Shown here in pieces: positions 46,600 to 57,595 of a DNA stretch of 64,000 nucleotides (the first letter of the stretch is position 1; every line of letters begins with the position of its first letter). The notes beneath the pieces are model-generated. The model ran no database searches. It saw only the letters and a list, made by a program, of their open reading frames with translations, and was not told the origin of the DNA. The position numbers and the translations under genes were made by a program. Origin of the DNA: an uncultured Acidobacteriota bacterium (GTDB lineage Bacteria; Acidobacteriota; Thermoanaerobaculia; Multivoradales; JAHEKO01); assembly GCA_963713825.1 (NCBI GenBank), contig CAVQNG010000034.1:1-64000 (forward strand), in the 5' to 3' direction.

Positions 46600-48340
46600 G
46601 CGGTTGCCAGCTGGCGTTGGGTGGCCGGAAGTAGACCTTGAGCCTGGCGAAACGGGGTTCCTCTGCGGAGGTGTTCTCGAAGATGCCCCACACCACCGTC
46701 GCATTGAAACCGCGCTGGACGACCGGGCTCGCAAGCCACTGGACCTGGGCCAGTGGACAACCGCGGTCTGGAGCACACTCTCCGCCACTGGCGTCGTCGT
46801 AGGCCTCGTATCGAAAACCGACGAAGCGGACGGACTTTGGAAGAACTACCGAAACAACCTGACAATTGCTCACTCCTCCAAGGTAACGCCCCAACTTCTG
46901 CGTGTACGCTTGGGAGACCGAGGACTCGGCCGATTTCAGCGCCTCGTTGCTCGAGCCGTCGGCGGCGGGGCCCACGAAACCGGAGAGCTCCAACTGCATG
47001 GAGTTCCCCAGGCCATCAGCCGCCTCCCGAGCGGCAGGGGTGACCGCGGCCGGACATGGGACGCTACCGGCGGCGACCGCCTGAGTGGCGGTGACCGCCC
47101 ATTCTCCGGTCCTGCACTCAGAGCAGCTCCCATCTCGATAGGTGGAGATCTCGGGAGCGTCCCGTGGGACCGCAATCGGTGGTGCACTGGGTGGCGCCGC
47201 TGGTTCGACCGCGGGAGCCTCGACTGCTGGAGCCGGAGCTGGCTCGACCTCGGCTGTTTCCATGGATTCGGGTACTTTCGCTGGTGTCGGCTCCAGACTC
47301 GGAGCCTCCTCCGTGACGCCGGACTGGACTGCAGTTGTAGACGTCGATTCCGGTAGAGCCTCTGAAGGCTGAGGCTCGGAGGGTGTTTCCGTGACCTCTG
47401 TGAGCTCGATTGGAGGCGCTGCCTCGACCGGTTTTGCGATGCCGGGCTCCGGCTCACTTGGTAGCGGTACCTGTGTTTCGGCGATCTCTTCCGCCACCTC
47501 GGGTGCCAGAGCCGGCTCGAGTTCCGTGGGTGCTGCTTCGGTGGCGACCGTCTCTGTTGGGATTCCCGACTGGCTCTCTGGCTCTTCAGTGACAGAGGGC
47601 GCTTCGATGGTGGGCTCGGGCTGCGGCTCGACTTCCTGAGGCGCTGGCAAGTCTTCCTCTTCTGGCTCGGGGTCCGGCATCGGCGTGAGCTCTGGAACTC
47701 GGACTTCCTGCACCTCCGGAATCGAGGGTTCGATCTCCGCAGCCGCAGGCTCGGCGGCTGATGGCGCCGGTGGCTCCTCTGCGACCTGGCTCACGGGCGC
47801 GGGGGCAGGCTGGGGCTCGGTCTTCTCCTGCGGGACTGGCTCGTCCTCGATCGTCGGCCTCGGTGCTGGGGCGGCTTCCACTGGTGGTGCTGTCTGGGTT
47901 CGAGCCTCCTGGGAGGGAAGCGGAGAGCTGGCGTCCCTCGGGTTCCCCTTCGAGAGCTTGACTTTCATGGGAGTCAGAGACCGGCCTCCGGCCTCCAGGA
48001 ACGAAGCGTTGATGGACGGTTTCTTGCCGCGCGACAGTTCGAATACCGCCACGTAGGAAAGGAAATCTGGATGTAGAACCTCGACTTGCCAGGGGCCTGC
48101 AGCAAGACCCGCGACGACGGCTCGGCCCTTGGAATCTGTTGCTACTTGCGGGGGATTGCCCTCGGATCCTCGACCCTGGAAGCTGAGTACGACCCGGGCT
48201 TCCGGGATGGGCTTGCCCTTCGAGTCGGAAGCCTGGATCCCGATGGCTTCGGTCCCGCTCCAAGTCTGGGCCTGGGCAGGAATAGTGATAGCCAGGGCGA
48301 GAAGGCCGGCAGCCAGGGCCAAGAGGCGGTGGTGATGCAT
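46589..48340 (-). CDS. Secreted protein: carboxypeptidase-regulatory-like domain, long Pro/Glu linker, Cys-containing C-domain
   Basis: Signal peptide; DSKGKPIPEARV...TDSKG...GL..G.W; long P/E/A-rich tract. Confidence 0.72.
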   Translation of the reverse strand: MHHHRLLALAAGLLALAITIPAQAQTWSGTEAIGIQASDSKGKPIPEARVVLSFQGRGSEGNPPQVATDSKGRAVVAGLAAGPWQVEVLHPDFLSYVAVFELSRGKKPSINASFLEAGGRSLTPMKVKLSKGNPRDASSPLPSQEARTQTAPPVEAAPAPRPTIEDEPVPQEKTEPQPAPAPVSQVAEEPPAPSAAEPAAAEIEPSIPEVQEVRVPELTPMPDPEPEEEDLPAPQEVEPQPEPTIEAPSVTEEPESQSGIPTETVATEAAPTELEPALAPEVAEEIAETQVPLPSEPEPGIAKPVEAAPPIELTEVTETPSEPQPSEALPESTSTTAVQSGVTEEAPSLEPTPAKVPESMETAEVEPAPAPAVEAPAVEPAAPPSAPPIAVPRDAPEISTYRDGSCSECRTGEWAVTATQAVAAGSVPCPAAVTPAAREAADGLGNSMQLELSGFVGPAADGSSNEALKSAESSVSQAYTQKLGRYLGGVSNCQVVSVVLPKSVRFVGFRYEAYDDASGGECAPDRGCPLAQVQWLASPVVQRGFNATVVWGIFENTSAEEPRFARLKVYFRPPNASWQPPTR

Positions 48341-48505
48341 CGTATCCCCCTTCGATTGCGTCAGCGGGAGGCAGACCTGTTCGATCACTGCTCCGAGCAG
48401 CTTACCCTCAGGGAGGCGCTCGGACAAGCCGTCGTGAGCGGATGCCTGCGGACCCCGCCCGTCTGGCTCCCCTGATACGATTGGCGCGAATTTCAGGAGG
48501 AACCT

Positions 48506-49630
48506 ATGAATCCTTTGCGACAACTCCAGGCTCAGGGGCAAGCGGTCTGGTTGGACTACATCCGTCGGGACATTCTGCTCGACGGGTCTTTGCGCCGCAT
48601 GGTGGAGGACGATGGGGTCACTGGCGTGACCAGCAATCCAGCCATTTTTCAGAAGGCGATTGGCGAGAGTGAGCTCTACGACTCAGCCATCCAGGACTAT
48701 TTGACCGGTGAGCCCGAGGGCAGCGTGGAGGATCTCTATGAGGCCCTGGTCGTCGAGGACATCCGCCTCGCTGCTGACATCTTGACGTCGGTCTTCGAAA
48801 GTACGAGCGGCCGGGACGGGTTTGTGAGTCTGGAGGTGTCTCCGCACCTGGCTCGCGATGCCGAGGGTACGCTGGCCGAAGCGAGGCATCTTTGGCAACG
48901 AGTCGGACGACCCAACCTGATGATCAAGGTGCCGGCCACTGGCGAGTGCGTTCCAGCGATCGAGGGTTTGCTGGCGGAAGGAATCAACGTCAATGTGACC
49001 CTGATGTTCTCAATGGCTCACTACGAGGCTGTCGCCGGGGCCTACCTGCGAGGTCTGGAGCGCTGCGAGAGCCCGGATCGAACGGCTTCGGTGGCATCGT
49101 TTTTTGTCAGTCGCGTCGACACGAAAGTAGACGAGATACTGGAGAACCTGGGCAGCGAGGCGGCAGCCCAGCTCATGGGTAAGATCGCCATCGCCAACTC
49201 GAAGTTGACCTATGCTCGATACCAGGACGTGTTCGAGGGTGCTGTCTTCGAGGCGATGCGAAGTCGTGGCGCGGTCCCCCAGCGAGTCCTATGGGCCAGT
49301 ACCAGCACCAAGAACCCCGCTTATCGTGACGTGATCTACGTCGAGGAGCTTGTCGGTCCCAATACGGTCAATACGATTCCACCGGAGACCCTGGAGGCTT
49401 TCCGCGATCACGGGAAGGTAGGGCCGACGCTTCTCGAGGACTGGAGCGGAGCCCGAAGGGAGCTCGACGAGCTCGCCTCCCTCGGCGTTGATCTGGCGAT
49501 CGCCACGGAAGAGCTCCAGCAAGAGGGTCTCGAGAAGTTCGCCATGCCCTTCGATAGCCTTCTGGATACCTTGCGGAGCAAGCGAGATTCCCTGCGACCG
49601 GGTGTCTCGCTGAGCTCGACAGTCGAATGA
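48506..49630 (+). CDS. tal: Transaldolase (type 2)
   Basis: WLD, GVTSNPAIF, VSLEV, NLMIKVP, NVTLMF, SFFVSRVD, LWASTSTK. Confidence 0.95.
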   Translation: MNPLRQLQAQGQAVWLDYIRRDILLDGSLRRMVEDDGVTGVTSNPAIFQKAIGESELYDSAIQDYLTGEPEGSVEDLYEALVVEDIRLAADILTSVFESTSGRDGFVSLEVSPHLARDAEGTLAEARHLWQRVGRPNLMIKVPATGECVPAIEGLLAEGINVNVTLMFSMAHYEAVAGAYLRGLERCESPDRTASVASFFVSRVDTKVDEILENLGSEAAAQLMGKIAIANSKLTYARYQDVFEGAVFEAMRSRGAVPQRVLWASTSTKNPAYRDVIYVEELVGPNTVNTIPPETLEAFRDHGKVGPTLLEDWSGARRELDELASLGVDLAIATEELQQEGLEKFAMPFDSLLDTLRSKRDSLRPGVSLSSTVE

Positions 49631-49670
49631 GATTCCGATTGCACTCAGACATGCATTCCGGTAGGTCGGG

Positions 49671-50477
49671 ATGAGAGGCGGCAACCCGTTCCAGGGTGGC
49701 AGGGGCGGCGGATTCGGTGGGGAATTCGCAGGCCTCACGGGTCCGGTACCACGGGACTTGTGGATCCTTCTGGGTGTCGTCTTCGGCACCTTCACCCTGC
49801 AGTTCTTCCAGGCGACGGCATGGTTGCCCGAACTGCTTCGCCTCACACCCCTGGTCTGGAGAACTGGGTTCCTATGGCAACTGGCGACCTATCCCTTCAT
49901 CGGCACGGGCGCTCCCAATTTCTGGTTCGTTCTCGAGCTGCTGATTCTCTTTCTGTTCGGCCGCAGCGTTCTCAGCCGTCTCGGTAGACGTGGCTTCTGG
50001 AAGCTCCTGCTGTCCTCGACTGTGGTGGCAGGAGTTGCAGCGGCGGTGGTCGGATTGCTCGCGGATTGGATGACCGGGCCAGGACCGCCGCCGGCTTCTA
50101 CTCTGGTTCTCATGCAAGGCCAGCGCATGGTGCTGACGATTCTGATCGCCGCCTTCGCGACGATGAATCAGAACGCCACGATTCTGCTTTTCTTCGTGCT
50201 ACCGATTCAAGCGCGATGGTTCCTTTTCCTGGAAATTCTCTTTGCTTTTCTCGGCTTCCTGGCCACCCATGACCTGGCAGGGTTCATCGGTCTTTGTGTG
50301 GCGGTTGGCTTCACCTATGGTGCTCTGACCGGTTGGCGATCCCAGAACTTCCTGCGCCGTGGCAGATTGCATCTGCAGCAGCAGTGGCTGCGCTTCAAAT
50401 TGAAATGGATGCGAAAGAAACATGGCATCCACGTCGTGCGCGATGACGACGACCCTCGCGGTCCTTGGCTTCACTGA
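49671..50477 (+). CDS. Rhomboid-like membrane protein (likely non-catalytic)
   Basis: WQLATYPF, multiple TM helices, no GxS motif seen. Confidence 0.65.
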   Translation: MRGGNPFQGGRGGGFGGEFAGLTGPVPRDLWILLGVVFGTFTLQFFQATAWLPELLRLTPLVWRTGFLWQLATYPFIGTGAPNFWFVLELLILFLFGRSVLSRLGRRGFWKLLLSSTVVAGVAAAVVGLLADWMTGPGPPPASTLVLMQGQRMVLTILIAAFATMNQNATILLFFVLPIQARWFLFLEILFAFLGFLATHDLAGFIGLCVAVGFTYGALTGWRSQNFLRRGRLHLQQQWLRFKLKWMRKKHGIHVVRDDDDPRGPWLH

Positions 50478-50630
50478 GCGGCGGGAATTTTCCCTCGATT
50501 GACAGACGTTTGAAGTGATGAGCCGTTCCCGGCAAAGGGCAGGGACTCCAAAGGGATCGGGGAGGATGGGAGGGCGAGCCATTCATTCGAGAAACTCCCT
50601 GCCGCTGCACTTCAGCCACAAAGGAGAGTC

Positions 50631-53183
50631 ATGTCGGATACATTGACGTTACCAGTACTTCCACTCCGGGACACCGTTGTTTTTCCCGGGGTTACGACGC
50701 CCATCGGTGCCGGACGTCCCGGTACCCTGCGGGCAATTCAGGCTGTCTCGAGCTCCAAGGAAAAGCTGGTTTTCGCGGTATCGCAGCGCGAAAACCGCGA
50801 GATGGTCACCCCGGATCGCCTCCACACCATCGGTACCGTGGCGCGAATCGGCCAGCTGCAGAGAGTCACGGGAGGTGTTCAATTCCTCCTGCATGGCGAA
50901 TACAGAGGTATCGCCCTTCGGATCAGTGAATCGAGCGGTGACTACCTGGAGGCTGTCGTTCGCCAAGCGGAGGAAATGTCGCCGAGCGATCCTGCTGACA
51001 CGGCCTTTCTGGCTTTACAGCGAGAGGTCCGCGAAAGGGCGCTCGAGCTGGGGCAGAAGGCGGGATTCCCCGAGGACGTCGTCAAGCAGGTCCTGACTTC
51101 GGCCGAAGACTCGGCTCGACTTGCCGATCTGGTTGCCGCCTATCTGGAGGTGCCTCACCTGGAGCGACAGATGCTCCTGGAGACCCTCTCGGTCGAGGAG
51201 AGGCTGCGCCAGGTGCTCTTGCAGGTGCAGCGTCAAATCGGCGTGCTCGATGCGCAGCAGGACATCAAAAGCAAGGTCCAGCGAGAGCTTGGCGATCGGC
51301 AGCGCGAGATGGTGCTCCGTGAGCAGCTCAAGGCAATTCAAGAGGAGCTGGGAGAGACCGATGGCGATCCTGGAATCGGGGAGCTCAAGAACAGCCTGGA
51401 TGCTCTGGACCTTCCCCCCGAGGCGCAAAAGGAAGTCGATCGGGAGCTCGATCGTTTGGAGCGGATGAACCGTGAGTCGATGGAGCACCAAGTCATTCGC
51501 ACCTACCTGGAGAACGTTGCTGAGCTACCCTGGAACACCCGCAGCGAAGACGATCTGGATCTGCATCGGGCTGCCGACATTCTCGATGAGGACCACTACG
51601 GTCTGCAGGATGTCAAGGATCGGGTCCTGGAGTTTCTGGCCGTTCGCCAGCTGCAATCCGATCGGGAGCTGCGCCAAAAGGAGAAGGCCGAGGACGAATT
51701 GGTATCTGACTCCGAGATCCTGGAGAGCGGGTCCGAAGTCGCCGCGGCTTCGATGGCTGACGAGGCGTCTGAAGACAGTCCAGCCACGGGCGATCGACGG
51801 GTCGAGGAGGACCAGAACGCCAAGGGCCCGATTCTGCTGTTCGTCGGTCCTCCAGGTGTTGGTAAGACCTCGATTGCGAAGTCGATCGCGCGGGCCATGG
51901 GTAGAAAGTACGTCCGCATCTCACTGGGAGGCGCACGTGACGAGGCCGACATCCGAGGTCACCGCCGGACCTACGTCGGGGCCATGCCGGGTCGCATTCT
52001 GAAGGGGATGAAACAGGCGGGCACGAAGAACCCGGTCTTTCTGCTCGACGAGGTCGACAAGCTGGGGGTGTCCTACCAGGGCGATCCAGCGAGCGCCCTC
52101 CTCGAAGTCCTGGATCCGGCCCAGAACGACAGCTTCGTCGATCACTATCTCGGTGTTCCATTCGACCTGTCGGAGGTGCTGTTCGTCACCACGGCCAACT
52201 TCATCCAGAGCATTCCGGGGCCCCTCTTGGACCGCATGGAGATCGTCGAGTTCACCGGCTATACCGAACGGGAGAAGTTGGAGATCGCCAAGCGCTATCT
52301 GGTGCCTCGACAGTTGACCGGCAACGCCCTGGACGAGGGAACTCTGACGATCACGGACGAGGCGCTGGCAGAAGTCATCGCGCACTACACCCGTGAGGCT
52401 GGGGTGCGGCAGCTCGAGCGAGAGATCGGTCGGTTGGCCCGAAAAGTAGCCCGAAAGATTGCCACCAAAGAGGTGGAGACCTTCGAGGTGTCGCCGCCAA
52501 GCGTCACGGACCTGCTGGGCCGGTCGAAGATTCATCCCGAGAAGATGTCGCGCGAAGACCAGGTCGGAGTGGCGACAGGGATGTTCTATACACCCGTCGG
52601 TGGAGACATCATGTTCGTCGAGGTCAGCACCATGCGGGGGAAAGGCGAGCTTGTCCTGACCGGACAGCTCGGCGATGTGATGAAGGAATCAGCTCGGGCC
52701 GCATGGAGCTACGCGCGCTCTCATGCAGCGGAGCTCGACATCCCCGAGGACATCTTCGAGCAAAGAGATGCTCACATCCACTGTCCGGCGGGTGCCATCC
52801 CGAAGGACGGGCCGTCGGCAGGTGTCACGATGGCTACGGCGCTGGTGTCGGCGCTGTCGGGCCGGCCGGCCAGGCACGATACGGCCATGACCGGCGAGAT
52901 CACGCTTTCGGGTCGGGTGCTGCCTATCGGCGGCGTCAAAGAGAAGGTGTTGGGAGCGGTGAGGTCCGGCATTCATCGGATTATTCTGCCTTCCGAGAAC
53001 GAGAGGGATCTCGACGACCTTCCGGAGGATGTCAGGAACAGACTGGAAGTGATCGCCGTCAACGAGCTCGGTGAGGTGCTGGGTCCGGCAATTCAGGGCG
53101 GCTCGTTCGAGGACGGCAAGCTCTTGTTCAGTGAGGTCGAGAATAGCCGACCGGAGCGACCGTCCAAGCAACTCCAGCACTGA
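50631..53183 (+). CDS. lon: Lon protease
   Basis: [47 protein letters not shown]. Confidence 0.97.
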   Translation: MSDTLTLPVLPLRDTVVFPGVTTPIGAGRPGTLRAIQAVSSSKEKLVFAVSQRENREMVTPDRLHTIGTVARIGQLQRVTGGVQFLLHGEYRGIALRISESSGDYLEAVVRQAEEMSPSDPADTAFLALQREVRERALELGQKAGFPEDVVKQVLTSAEDSARLADLVAAYLEVPHLERQMLLETLSVEERLRQVLLQVQRQIGVLDAQQDIKSKVQRELGDRQREMVLREQLKAIQEELGETDGDPGIGELKNSLDALDLPPEAQKEVDRELDRLERMNRESMEHQVIRTYLENVAELPWNTRSEDDLDLHRAADILDEDHYGLQDVKDRVLEFLAVRQLQSDRELRQKEKAEDELVSDSEILESGSEVAAASMADEASEDSPATGDRRVEEDQNAKGPILLFVGPPGVGKTSIAKSIARAMGRKYVRISLGGARDEADIRGHRRTYVGAMPGRILKGMKQAGTKNPVFLLDEVDKLGVSYQGDPASALLEVLDPAQNDSFVDHYLGVPFDLSEVLFVTTANFIQSIPGPLLDRMEIVEFTGYTEREKLEIAKRYLVPRQLTGNALDEGTLTITDEALAEVIAHYTREAGVRQLEREIGRLARKVARKIATKEVETFEVSPPSVTDLLGRSKIHPEKMSREDQVGVATGMFYTPVGGDIMFVEVSTMRGKGELVLTGQLGDVMKESARAAWSYARSHAAELDIPEDIFEQRDAHIHCPAGAIPKDGPSAGVTMATALVSALSGRPARHDTAMTGEITLSGRVLPIGGVKEKVLGAVRSGIHRIILPSENERDLDDLPEDVRNRLEVIAVNELGEVLGPAIQGGSFEDGKLLFSEVENSRPERPSKQLQH

Positions 53184-53262
53184 GCTGGCCCGCAGATCCC
53201 GTATACTTCCGCCGTCATCGGTATTCTGGTGGGAGAGAGCTGCTGTGCGGAATCGATTCATC

Positions 53263-53922
53263 ATGGTGCTGGCAGTGGCGGTTGCAGCAGCCGTCTCGTT
53301 GTGTTCCTCTGCGGGTGCTCAGGAAAAACAGGCCATCAAGCTGGAGAACGCGAGGCTCGTCTACGAGGAGATGGTCGACGCCAAGGAGGGAGGCGTCCCG
53401 TCCAACCTCCGGGCGGAGGCCATGTGTGTCGCTGTCATCCCTCACGTAGTCAAGGGCGGCTTCCTGGTTGGTGGCCGCCACGGCAACGGAGTCATGAGTT
53501 GCCACGATGACGGGGGAATCTGGAGCCCGCCTGTCTTCATCGAGATCAGCGGCGCCAGCTTGGGGCTGCAGGTCGGCGGTCACGCCAGTGACCTGGTGCT
53601 GTTCTTCATGACCGAGAAAGCTGCCCGATCCCTGATGACGAGCAAGTTCACTCTGGGAGGAGATGCCAGCGTCGCGGCGGGTCCAGTCGGCAGGGAGACG
53701 CAGCCAGACTCGGATCCGAATGAAGAAGCGGAAATCTACTCCTATGCCAGGGCCCGTGGGCTGTTCGCCGGAGTCTCACTGCAAGGCAGCCAGCTGGCTC
53801 CTGATCAGAAGGCGATCGAGAGCTACTACGGCGAGCGGATCTTCCCGGAGAAGATCGTCTTCGAACATTGGGTACCGCGGTATCCCCCCGAAGCCAGGGC
53901 CTTCGCGGATTCCTTGCCCTGA
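53263..53922 (+). CDS. Ysc84/SYLF lipid-binding domain protein
   Basis: Signal peptide; KGGFLVGG..G.G, WSPP, GLQVGG, GGDASVAAGPVGR, RGLFAG; start uncertain. Confidence 0.88.
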   Translation: MVLAVAVAAAVSLCSSAGAQEKQAIKLENARLVYEEMVDAKEGGVPSNLRAEAMCVAVIPHVVKGGFLVGGRHGNGVMSCHDDGGIWSPPVFIEISGASLGLQVGGHASDLVLFFMTEKAARSLMTSKFTLGGDASVAAGPVGRETQPDSDPNEEAEIYSYARARGLFAGVSLQGSQLAPDQKAIESYYGERIFPEKIVFEHWVPRYPPEARAFADSLP

Positions 53923-53986
53923 GTGGCTAGAGGCCCGTGTGTTGGACAAGGTCTGGGAAGGTCTCTAAGGGTGCTGTGAAGGCACC

Positions 53987-54181
53987 TCAGACTCCTTCGA
54001 GCTCCTCGAGGCGCTTTGCAGCTTGTTCGATCTCCGACTTCAGTCGGTCGATCGCGGACTCGACTTCGGCCAGCTGGTCCTGCAGGGATCGCCTCTGGAT
54101 CTCGAGGCGCTTGTCGTGGCTCTGCAGCCAGCGCAGGGAAGTCCGAAGGCGCGCGGCTTCCTCTTGACTCCGGTTCACCAC
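53987..54181 (-). CDS. Small coiled-coil protein
   Basis: 64-aa heptad-rich ORF co-oriented with its neighbours. Confidence 0.6.
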   Translation of the reverse strand: MVNRSQEEAARLRTSLRWLQSHDKRLEIQRRSLQDQLAEVESAIDRLKSEIEQAAKRLEELEGV

Positions 54182-54212
54182 GCCTCGAGACCACCGTTTC
54201 GGATCGACCTCA

Positions 54213-54824
54213 TCATCGTTTCTTGGCCTCTTTCTGTAACTGCTCGATCAGGGCTCGTTCCTCTTCGGGCGGTCTTCGCATGCACAGGGCCCGATGGTCG
54301 TAGGTGTAGGAAAAGGCCCCCGAGAAAGGCTTGCTGAACTGGAAGTTGAAGTTCCACGCAGATTGCCCATCTTTCTTCGTCGAGCTCCACGGACAGCAGG
54401 CAGTCAGCCGGAACTTGGCGGGCAGGTTGTAGGCACCCTGGGCCATCGGTCGGAGCAAAGTCTCCAGATCGTCGAGGCTTGGAAGGGTCCAGTCTTCGAA
54501 GCCCGCCAGTACCAACGCTTTGCAGTAGGTAGCGGCACGGTGCCAATCGACGTCCCGACCGTTATCGGCGGTCGTCCAGAGCAGGCCGGTCGCCGGATCG
54601 AGGTAGACACTGCTGACCTTTTCCTCGACGATCCTCTCCTGCTCGAGAGCTTCGACGATCGAGGCGATCAGGGCACTCGAGACGAACGGGGCCGAGACAG
54701 GGCTCGACTCTACGGCTTCGTCGGATAGGGTCGGCTGGCCGAAGGCACTGGCTGTCGAGCCCATCAGGACGAGCACTTGTAGTGCCAAGGAGCGAAGAAG
54801 GTTGGAACTGAACGGGAGAAGCAT
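54213..54824 (-). CDS. DUF1566 (Lcl C-terminal) domain protein
   Basis: DPATGLLW, W..A..YC..L.LAGFEDWTLPS..L, WSST. Confidence 0.8.
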   Translation of the reverse strand: MLLPFSSNLLRSLALQVLVLMGSTASAFGQPTLSDEAVESSPVSAPFVSSALIASIVEALEQERIVEEKVSSVYLDPATGLLWTTADNGRDVDWHRAATYCKALVLAGFEDWTLPSLDDLETLLRPMAQGAYNLPAKFRLTACCPWSSTKKDGQSAWNFNFQFSKPFSGAFSYTYDHRALCMRRPPEEERALIEQLQKEAKKR

Positions 54825-54915
54825 GGAGCGGGCTGGTGATCGAGATCGTCGCGAGACGTAGGAGGTCATTGTTCTGACTGGTGCCAGCGGGTGCTGGGTC
54901 TGTCGAAGCGAAAAC

Positions 54916-55134
54916 TCAGATCAGACCACCCAGAGAGCCGGTGAGAATAACCTGACAGTTCGGACAGAGCATGACCTGGCCCCGGCGTGGAAGGCTGGAA
55001 ACGAAGTTCACCTTCGTCCTGAGAATCCGAACTACCAGAAGCGATTCGATCTTCTCTCGACAGTGAGGGCACACAGCAGCGGACTCGAGGGTGAATTCCG
55101 CTTCAATTTCCCGCTCGCCCATTTTCTGATCCAT
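54916..55134 (-). CDS. Small zinc-ribbon protein
   Basis: CPHC ... CPNC; GGAG upstream. Confidence 0.7.
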   Translation of the reverse strand: MDQKMGEREIEAEFTLESAAVCPHCREKIESLLVVRILRTKVNFVSSLPRRGQVMLCPNCQVILTGSLGGLI

Positions 55135-55370
55135 GACAGCTCCCTTCGATCGATGTCGTGCGGCCGAAAGCCAGAGGAACACGTCTCTGCCGCGCTTGGC
55201 CGAGAAGGTCGATTTGCCTGTGATTGTAGCCCATGTTCCTGCTGATCGAGGTGGGTCGATCCGGGGTTGGATTGGTCGCCTCGAGCGACTCTGAGAGCCG
55301 TCGAATCGCCAGTTCGCGCCGGACTCCAGAAGCCGTTCCCTATGCTACGATCATCGGCTCGGTGCCTACC

Positions 55371-56744
55371 ATGAATGGACCTCGGCGAAACGAGTTGATT
55401 GGTGAGACTCTGCGACGATTCGTGCGTCGCGGAGCCTCAGCCCATTTGTCCAAACTCCTGGGCAAGACAAGGCCAGAGGACGTGGCCCTGCAGTTCCCTC
55501 GCCTGACTCCGGCCGAGCAGCTCGAGGTCTTCGAAATCCTCATCGAGGAATACCCCGACAGTGCCGGAGACGTCCTGGTCGAGCTGGAGCCGCAGCAGCA
55601 GCAGGCGGTTATCGAGGCCCTGGACCGTCCGAGGATTGCGAGAGTGTTGTCGAACATGTCTGTCGACGATGCGGTCTCGCTGGTCGATTCGCTGCCTCCC
55701 GAGCTCAGAGATGAGCTGCTCGAGATTGTCGATCTCCGAAACTTGAACGAGCTGCAAACCCATCTGACCTTTGGCGACGACACGGCTGGGCGGTTGATGG
55801 ACACCGCCTATCTGGCGCTCGACGAGGCGATGACCGTAGCCGATGCGATCGGCGAAGTGCAGCGATCATCCGAGCTCGACAACGTCTTCTATCTCTACGT
55901 AGTGGATGGAGAGCACCACCTGGTGGGGGTCACTTCCTTGAGACAGTTACTGCTGTCACGCCCCGAGAGGACGTTGGGAGAGGTCATGACCCGGTCGGTC
56001 ATCAAAGTCCATACAGACACCGATCAAGAGGAAGTCGCGCAGCTGACCGCTCGGTACAACCTGCTGGCAATGCCGGTCACCGACGACTCGAATCATCTGG
56101 CTGGGATCGTGACGCTCGACGACATCATCGACGTCGTCGAAGAAGAGGCCAACGAAGATTTCTTCAAGATGGTCGGTACCACCGATGACGAGCTGGTGTA
56201 CCAGGACCGCTCGTTCAAAGTCGCCGGCTTCCGTCTGCCCTGGCTTTTGATCAACATGGCCGGCCTGCTGTTGGCCGGTGCGTTGATCGGCTTCTTCGAA
56301 GTGACGTGGAAGGAAGCCGCTCTTCTGGTGACATTCTTGCCGGTGGTGATGGGGATGGGAGGTAACATCGGTTCCCAGACATCGACCATAGCGGTTCGGG
56401 GACTCGCCACCGGGCGAATCGTCCTTGGCGAGTCCGTACGTCGCTTTCTCTGGCAACAGTTCAAGGTCGGAACGGTCCTGGCTGTGGTCTGCGCCTTACT
56501 GATCGGCGTCGGTGGCATGATCTGGGGCGCCAGCCCGGCCTATGGTCTGGTCGTCGGTCTCTCTCTGTTTCTGGTTCTGATGCTGGCTTCCGTCAATGGA
56601 GCCATGATTCCGATCGTCTTCGAACGGCTGGGTGTAGATCCCGCGGTGGCAGCCGGTCCGCTGGTGACCACTTCGAACGACATCACCGGGATCCTCATCT
56701 ACTTCGGCCTCGCTTCGATGTTCATCGAGTTCCTGGTGCGATAA
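55371..56744 (+). CDS. mgtE: Magnesium transporter MgtE
   Basis: N-domain, CBS pair, RLPWL, GGNIGSQ, DPAVAAGPLVTT.ND. Confidence 0.95.
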   Translation: MNGPRRNELIGETLRRFVRRGASAHLSKLLGKTRPEDVALQFPRLTPAEQLEVFEILIEEYPDSAGDVLVELEPQQQQAVIEALDRPRIARVLSNMSVDDAVSLVDSLPPELRDELLEIVDLRNLNELQTHLTFGDDTAGRLMDTAYLALDEAMTVADAIGEVQRSSELDNVFYLYVVDGEHHLVGVTSLRQLLLSRPERTLGEVMTRSVIKVHTDTDQEEVAQLTARYNLLAMPVTDDSNHLAGIVTLDDIIDVVEEEANEDFFKMVGTTDDELVYQDRSFKVAGFRLPWLLINMAGLLLAGALIGFFEVTWKEAALLVTFLPVVMGMGGNIGSQTSTIAVRGLATGRIVLGESVRRFLWQQFKVGTVLAVVCALLIGVGGMIWGASPAYGLVVGLSLFLVLMLASVNGAMIPIVFERLGVDPAVAAGPLVTTSNDITGILIYFGLASMFIEFLVR

Positions 56745-56788
56745 AGCCAGGATCACAACGCCAAACCGACGATTACTGAAAATAAGAG

Positions 56789-57580
56789 ATGGAACTACGC
56801 AGCGCAGAAGCGCTTCTCTTGGATGTCGTGGATCTTCACGACTACGATCGCATAGTGACTTTCTTGACTCGAGAGTGGGGCAAGAAGAGGGGAGTGGCAA
56901 AAGGGGCGCGCCGCAAGCACAGTCGATTCGGAGGGCAGCTCCAGCCGCTGGCCCGGGCTCGGGTCGATTGGATGGAGAAGGACAATCGGGATCTGGTGCG
57001 AATTTCGGCAGTCGATCTTCAGCGCAGCGCCCGACAGCTGCAGGAGGACCTCGAAGGACTTCTACTGAGCGCCTATCTGGCCGATCACATTCAGGAATTC
57101 GTGCAGGAGAACGAACCCAGTGACCTGTTCTTTCGATTGTTGGACTCGACAGTGCTGGCGGTAGTCGAGGGGGTAGATCGGGGGCTGGCAACGCGATATT
57201 TTGAGGCCTGGGTTCTCAGGCTGGCCGGGATTTTCCCGGTGCCGGAGCTCTGCCCGCATTGCGGTCGGGTTCTAGAGGCCTCGGGAGTCGTGCTGCTGGC
57301 CAGCGGTGAGTCCATGGTCTGCGCGGCTTGTGGGACAGCAGAAGGAAGAGCCAGGAAGGTCTCGCCCGAGGCAGTGATGTTTCTCCGACGCATCGATGGC
57401 GCCAAGCTGGTGGACATGGATCGCCAGCCTCCGAGGGAGTCGACGCTCGACGAGATCGAGCAAATCTGTACCCTGGTTCGAAGGAGTTTCTTGCAGCACG
57501 AGCTCAGGAGCTACCAAGTCATCCGTGAAACGATTGCGGGGTTGCCTGGCAAGCCGGTGCCCCCTTCCGAGAATCCTTGA
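56789..57580 (+). CDS. recO: DNA repair protein RecO
   Basis: DRIVTFLT...GK..VAKGAR, zinc motif CPHC/CAAC; upstream of glyQS. Confidence 0.92.
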   Translation: MELRSAEALLLDVVDLHDYDRIVTFLTREWGKKRGVAKGARRKHSRFGGQLQPLARARVDWMEKDNRDLVRISAVDLQRSARQLQEDLEGLLLSAYLADHIQEFVQENEPSDLFFRLLDSTVLAVVEGVDRGLATRYFEAWVLRLAGIFPVPELCPHCGRVLEASGVVLLASGESMVCAACGTAEGRARKVSPEAVMFLRRIDGAKLVDMDRQPPRESTLDEIEQICTLVRRSFLQHELRSYQVIRETIAGLPGKPVPPSENP

Positions 57581-57595
57581 GTAGAGAGAAGACAC

